A stretch of 63,373 bases of DNA, filler included, from an uncultured Clostridia bacterium (GTDB lineage: Bacteria > CAYTYR01 > UBA6262): assembly GCA_964441745.1 (NCBI GenBank). It is 3 parts of 3 records of this genome, joined end to end, with 100 filler letters (N's around TTAATTAATTAA, not from the genome) between each part and the next. Parts side by side here need not be neighbours in the genome. Positions count along the whole stretch, not along the records: positions 54,537 to 63,373 come from CAYTYR010000035.1; 2 more parts are not named here. One strand, 5' to 3'. Shown here piece by piece: positions 58,269 through 63,373 of the stretch (position 1 is its first letter; every line of letters begins with the position of its first letter). Position numbers and translations under genes: made by a program. Under the pieces are notes generated by a model. That model had not been told where the DNA came from and searched no databases. It saw only the letters and a program-made list of their open reading frames with translations.

Positions 58269-58874
58269 ATGAATAAAAAGCAAATTCTACAGGAATTAAT
58301 ATTTCCAGCACAACATAAAACCGAACCGGTTTATTTCTATGGCCGGGTGATAGCGTATGTGTTCTTTCTAATCTGGGGTTTCAGATTAATGAAAACCCCC
58401 ATGCAGGACCAGTCGATGTCTTTCATGCACAATATCAACCTGCCGATGCACGAAGCCGGACATATTATTTTTTCCTTTTTAGGTGATTTTATGGGAGTGC
58501 TGGGCGGGACACTGATGCAATTGATCATGCCGGCGATCGTGACCGGGGCGTTCCTGCTGAAGAACCGGGACGCTTTTGGGGCCTCGATCGGACTCTGGTG
58601 GCTGGGACAGAGCTTCATGGATAGCGCCCCCTATATTAATGATGCCCGGGCCGGTGAATTGATGCTCCTGGGCGGCGTGACTGGTAAAGAAGCGCCAGGA
58701 TACCATGACTGGGAAAATATCCTGGGGCGCTTAGGCTGGCTGCAGTATGACCATCTGCTGGCCACAATCAGTTTCGCGCTGGGCATAGTGATAATGTTTT
58801 TGGCTTTGGCGTGGGGTGGGTATATGCTTTATCTGCAATTCCAGGCAAGCCAAAATACCCAAGAGCAAATATGA
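58269..58874 (+). CDS. Membrane protein with an HExxH motif (possible zinc peptidase)
   Basis: HEAGH in a hydrophobic context, YINDA, HDW; 4-5 TM segments. Confidence 0.6.
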   Translation: MNKKQILQELIFPAQHKTEPVYFYGRVIAYVFFLIWGFRLMKTPMQDQSMSFMHNINLPMHEAGHIIFSFLGDFMGVLGGTLMQLIMPAIVTGAFLLKNRDAFGASIGLWWLGQSFMDSAPYINDARAGELMLLGGVTGKEAPGYHDWENILGRLGWLQYDHLLATISFALGIVIMFLALAWGGYMLYLQFQASQNTQEQI

Positions 58875-58885
58875 AGGAGTAGATT

Positions 58886-59866
58886 ATGAAGATAACAAAA
58901 GCGTTAGCGCTGGTTTTGTTTGCGGTCATAGTTCTGTCATTTCCTTGGACACTTCAGGCCGAGTCTGCCCAGAAAGTACTATTAGCGGTTTTTTATGACA
59001 ACCCTGATTATGTTAACTGCCGGAATATTTTTCGGGAAAAACTGGCTAAAGAAGCTAAGCAAGCCGGCCTGAACATTGAATTCCTGATCCTGGATACCCA
59101 GGGTTCAAAAGGATTATTCCTGAACCAGTTAAAAAAGCTGGAACAGGAAATCGACCTGATCTTTACGGCTGGTACGCCCAATTGTCTGGCGATCAAGGAA
59201 TCAGGAATTACCAAACCAGTAATTTTCACCGCGGTAGCTGACCCGGTAGGGGAGAAGCTGGTGGAAAGCTTAGTTCGTCCCAATACTAATTTTACCGGCA
59301 GTCATTGCGCAGTTTCTGCTGACCGTCAATTAAGCGCTCTTCTTTATGTCCTGCCTAAAACCAAGAAGATCGGAATTTTATATAATGCCGATGATCCTGC
59401 ACCAGTAAGCCAGGTCAAAGCCTGGAAAGAAGCAATGGCCAGGATCAGGATGAAAGCGGTAGAATTTTTTATTCCTAAAGAGGCCAATTCTGTTGATTCG
59501 CTCGCTGCTGCCGCCAAGCCGATGGTGCGCAAAGTCGATGTCCTGGTTACCGTGGCTGATGCTAAAATATCAGCTTTTGGTGAAGGGGTCATCGCTGTGG
59601 CTAATGTCCATAAAATACCAACCTATGCTTCTTTAAACAGCTTAGTTAAAAAAGGCGCTCTGTGTTCCCTTGGTTTTGATTTTGTAATGGGCGCAGAGAT
59701 CACCGTCCCGCAAGCTATAGCTGTTTTAAAAGGAGGGGATCCAGCAATCATGCCGGTGATCACTAATTCTGAATATCACCTGCTCCTCAATCAAAATACT
59801 GCCCGGGTCATCGGGTTGGAAATTCCGGCTAATGTTCTTAAAACCGCCGCTGAGATAGTGGAATAG
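58886..59866 (+). CDS. ABC-type substrate-binding protein (ABC_sub_bind/DUF534-like), no adjacent permease
   Basis: Signal peptide; DLIF..GT, PVIF.AV.DPV...LVESL.RP..NFTG, IGILYN, LN..TA..IGLEIP. Confidence 0.85.
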   Translation: MKITKALALVLFAVIVLSFPWTLQAESAQKVLLAVFYDNPDYVNCRNIFREKLAKEAKQAGLNIEFLILDTQGSKGLFLNQLKKLEQEIDLIFTAGTPNCLAIKESGITKPVIFTAVADPVGEKLVESLVRPNTNFTGSHCAVSADRQLSALLYVLPKTKKIGILYNADDPAPVSQVKAWKEAMARIRMKAVEFFIPKEANSVDSLAAAAKPMVRKVDVLVTVADAKISAFGEGVIAVANVHKIPTYASLNSLVKKGALCSLGFDFVMGAEITVPQAIAVLKGGDPAIMPVITNSEYHLLLNQNTARVIGLEIPANVLKTAAEIVE

Positions 59867-59873
59867 AAGCTCT

Positions 59874-59907
59874 AATCTGTGTAATCTCTTTTTGAATCGG
59901 TGTAATC
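59874..59907 (+). repeat. Family A doublet
   Basis: aatctgtgtaatc (59874-59886) and aatcggtgtaatc (59895-59907), 21 bp apart. Confidence 0.85.
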
Positions 59908-59924
59908 GTTTCTAAAAAAAGTTC

Positions 59925-59953
59925 TTGACAAATTTTTTAGTATTTGATATATA
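59925..59953 (+). promoter_or_regulatory. Sigma70 promoter of groESL
   Basis: TTGACA-17-TATATA with an extended TG, immediately before the CIRCE. Confidence 0.7.
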
Positions 59954-59980
59954 TTAGCAGTCACACATTAAGAGTGCTAA
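59954..59980 (+). promoter_or_regulatory. CIRCE element (HrcA operator)
   Basis: TTAGCAGTC-N9-GAGTGCTAA, one mismatch to the consensus TTAGCACTC-N9-GAGTGCTAA, upstream of groES. Confidence 0.93.
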
Positions 59981-60058
59981 CTTACAATTGCACTTACATA
60001 ATTGTAAGTTTATGCTTTTATATGGGTTATACATAATAAATAGAAAGGAGGAGACATT

Positions 60059-60346
60059 ATGAAGTTAAGACCGCTTGGAGACAGAGTGTTAGTGAAGGCC
60101 CTCGAGGCTAAAGAAGTGAAAAAGGGAGGCATCATTATCCCGGATACAGCTAAAGAAAAACCGCAGGAAGGGGAAGTGATCGCGGTTGGCCCAGGGAAAA
60201 CTGATGACAATGGCAAAAAAATTGCCATGGATGTCAAAGTCGGCGATAAGATCTTGTTCGGCAAGTATTCTGGCACAGAAGTAAAAATCAATGACGTCGA
60301 ATATCTCATTATGCACCAAGACGATATCATGGGCATAGCAGAGTAA
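60059..60346 (+). CDS. groES: Co-chaperonin GroES
   Basis: [39 protein letters not shown]. Confidence 0.98.
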   Translation: MKLRPLGDRVLVKALEAKEVKKGGIIIPDTAKEKPQEGEVIAVGPGKTDDNGKKIAMDVKVGDKILFGKYSGTEVKINDVEYLIMHQDDIMGIAE

Positions 60347-61981
<1,635 letters not shown>

Positions 61982-62030
61982 GAAAAGAACCGCTTATGGC
62001 ATATAGCTAATGGCTTATGGCACAAGCAAT

Positions 62031-62076
62031 AAAAAAACAGAACCCCTGTGTGGAAACGCACAGGGGTTTTTTTATT
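62031..62076. terminator. Bidirectional intrinsic terminator
   Basis: aacccctgtg-tggaaacg-cacaggggtt with an A-run before and a T-run after, between convergent genes. Confidence 0.88.
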
Positions 62077-62095
62077 GGATAATATTTACCATCAA

Positions 62096-62914
62096 TTATT
62101 TTGCCGGCTGGTAGTATTTCAAGGCTTCAGGCAGCAATTCCTGGATCGAGTTAATACGGTTTTCATCCGCCGGATGCGAGGATAGAATCTGTGGTGGCTT
62201 TGCGCCGCCGATTTGGCTCATGCGCTGCCAAAAGGAAATGGCTTCGCGCGGGTCATAGCCAGCTCTGGCCATCAGGATCAAACCGATATGATCAGCTTCT
62301 GATTCGTGTAAGCGGCTGTAAGGCAGCATGACTCCCAATTCAGTACTTATGCCATAGGCCTGTAAGGCAAGATTCTTGGTCTCTGCCGAATTGTTTTTCA
62401 GGGCAATGGCCAGGGTTTGCCCGCCCAACTGCTGCAACAAGGACTGGCTCAATCTTTCGCCGCCATGATTGGCCAAAGCGTGAGCTACTTCATGGCCGAT
62501 AACCACAGCTAGTCCGGTCTCAGTCTTGGTTACCGGCAAGATACCGGTATAAACCGCTACTTTTCCGCCAGGCATGCAAAAAGCATTCACGGTCGCTGAA
62601 TCAACGATCACATTGAATTCCCATTGATAATTGCTGATCTCACTTTCTAGTCCGTTATCCCGCAGGAATTGTTCGGCTGAAGCAGCAATTCTGGTCCCGA
62701 CTCTGCGGACCATAGTGGTGCTGGCCTGGTCAGTGCTGATTTTGGATTTTTTCATTAGTTCCGTATATTGGGAGAAGCTCATGCTGGTTAATTCACCCAT
62801 GGAAACAAGTGATATCTGCCGGCGCCCGGTGATCGGAACCATGGCGCAGGATACTAATAAAGCTAAAGCCAAAGATAATATAGTTATCCGCAAAAATATT
62901 TTTTGCCTCATCAT
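62096..62914 (-). CDS. M48 family zinc metallopeptidase lipoprotein (Oma1/LoiP-like)
   Basis: Lipobox LVSC, PITGRRQ, NAFCMPGGK, HEVAH, YSR.HE.EAD, LSSHP. Confidence 0.92.
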   Translation of the reverse strand: MMRQKIFLRITILSLALALLVSCAMVPITGRRQISLVSMGELTSMSFSQYTELMKKSKISTDQASTTMVRRVGTRIAASAEQFLRDNGLESEISNYQWEFNVIVDSATVNAFCMPGGKVAVYTGILPVTKTETGLAVVIGHEVAHALANHGGERLSQSLLQQLGGQTLAIALKNNSAETKNLALQAYGISTELGVMLPYSRLHESEADHIGLILMARAGYDPREAISFWQRMSQIGGAKPPQILSSHPADENRINSIQELLPEALKYYQPAK

Positions 62915-63303
62915 TGCACCTCTTTTTAAACTATAATGATTTTAGTTTAGCATAAAGACCGGTTAAAATCAATAATCAAGAGCAACACTTTTTATTTTAA
63001 GTGTTAGCTAAAATTTAAAAGTGAACTAATTAAAGATTAAAAGTGAACTGTTGTAAAAAGGTTTTTGAATATCTCGTTTTTAAGTTTCTGAACATCTAAG
63101 AGAATGCCATTGGACCAGAATCTGACTTCAGAATAAGTTGAATTTAAAGGATAAATACGCAGATTAACGGTTTGGTAAGGATTCAGCTTATTGATCTTTA
63201 AGAAGATATTGTTAATGGAGATTCTGCGATAAGCGTCAGCTTTTCTATCAAGGCGCAGACAAAAGATGTCTTTAGTAGAGAGGAAGGGCGGCTTGACGGC
63301 GAA

Positions 63304-63331
63304 CGTTTTAGGGGACGCGTTTTAGGGGACG
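63304..63331 (+). repeat. 14-bp tandem repeat cgttttaggggacg x2
   Basis: Exact duplication at 63304-63317 and 63318-63331, followed by TTGACA at 63350-63355. Confidence 0.75.
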
Positions 63332-63373
63332 GAGTAAAGAAGTAAAGTATTGACAATGCTATATTATAGAAGT

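Noticed and set aside
63050-63290. Possible decayed gene in the terminal intergenic region
   Set aside because: No ORF of 60 aa or more and no recognisable motif; a pseudogene call cannot be supported.

Overview
Bacterial draft-genome window made of three contigs joined by artificial 100-bp N44-TTAATTAATTAA-N44 linkers (27422-27521, 54437-54536), so adjacency across the linkers has no biological meaning. Contig 1 (1-27421) is a surface-glycan locus. It carries CDP-3,6-dideoxyhexose enzymes (rfbF, rfbG, rfbH, Prt-like, rfbE/tyv), a YerE-like ThDP enzyme, two tandem HpcH-type aldolases, an SDR, a dehydroquinate-synthase-like cyclase, a metallo-beta-lactamase-fold hydrolase, two polyprenyl-phosphate GT2s, a Wzx flippase, and three large GT-C-like membrane proteins that share a YGPY beta-sandwich domain. 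Contig 2 (27522-54436) holds housekeeping, redox and metal genes (msrA fragment, rlmN, copA, nth, a stand-alone LigD phosphoesterase, mnmA, a CDF transporter, larE). It also holds a signalling region (GAF-HD-GYP divergent from two solute-binding proteins without signal peptides; an orphan ThDP enzyme overlapping a HAMP-GAF histidine kinase) and a RAYT-like HUH transposase between perfect 30-bp inverted repeats. Contig 3 holds nadC-birA-coaX, groESL with a CIRCE element and an M48 peptidase. Several families of short dispersed repeats occur throughout: a 13-bp AATCTGTGTAATC doublet, 6/7/9-bp periodic micro-arrays and a nested covarying hairpin. At least one copy sits in frame inside a protein domain. 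No rRNA, tRNA or CRISPR array was recognised. All protein assignments come from reading motifs by eye, not from database searches.
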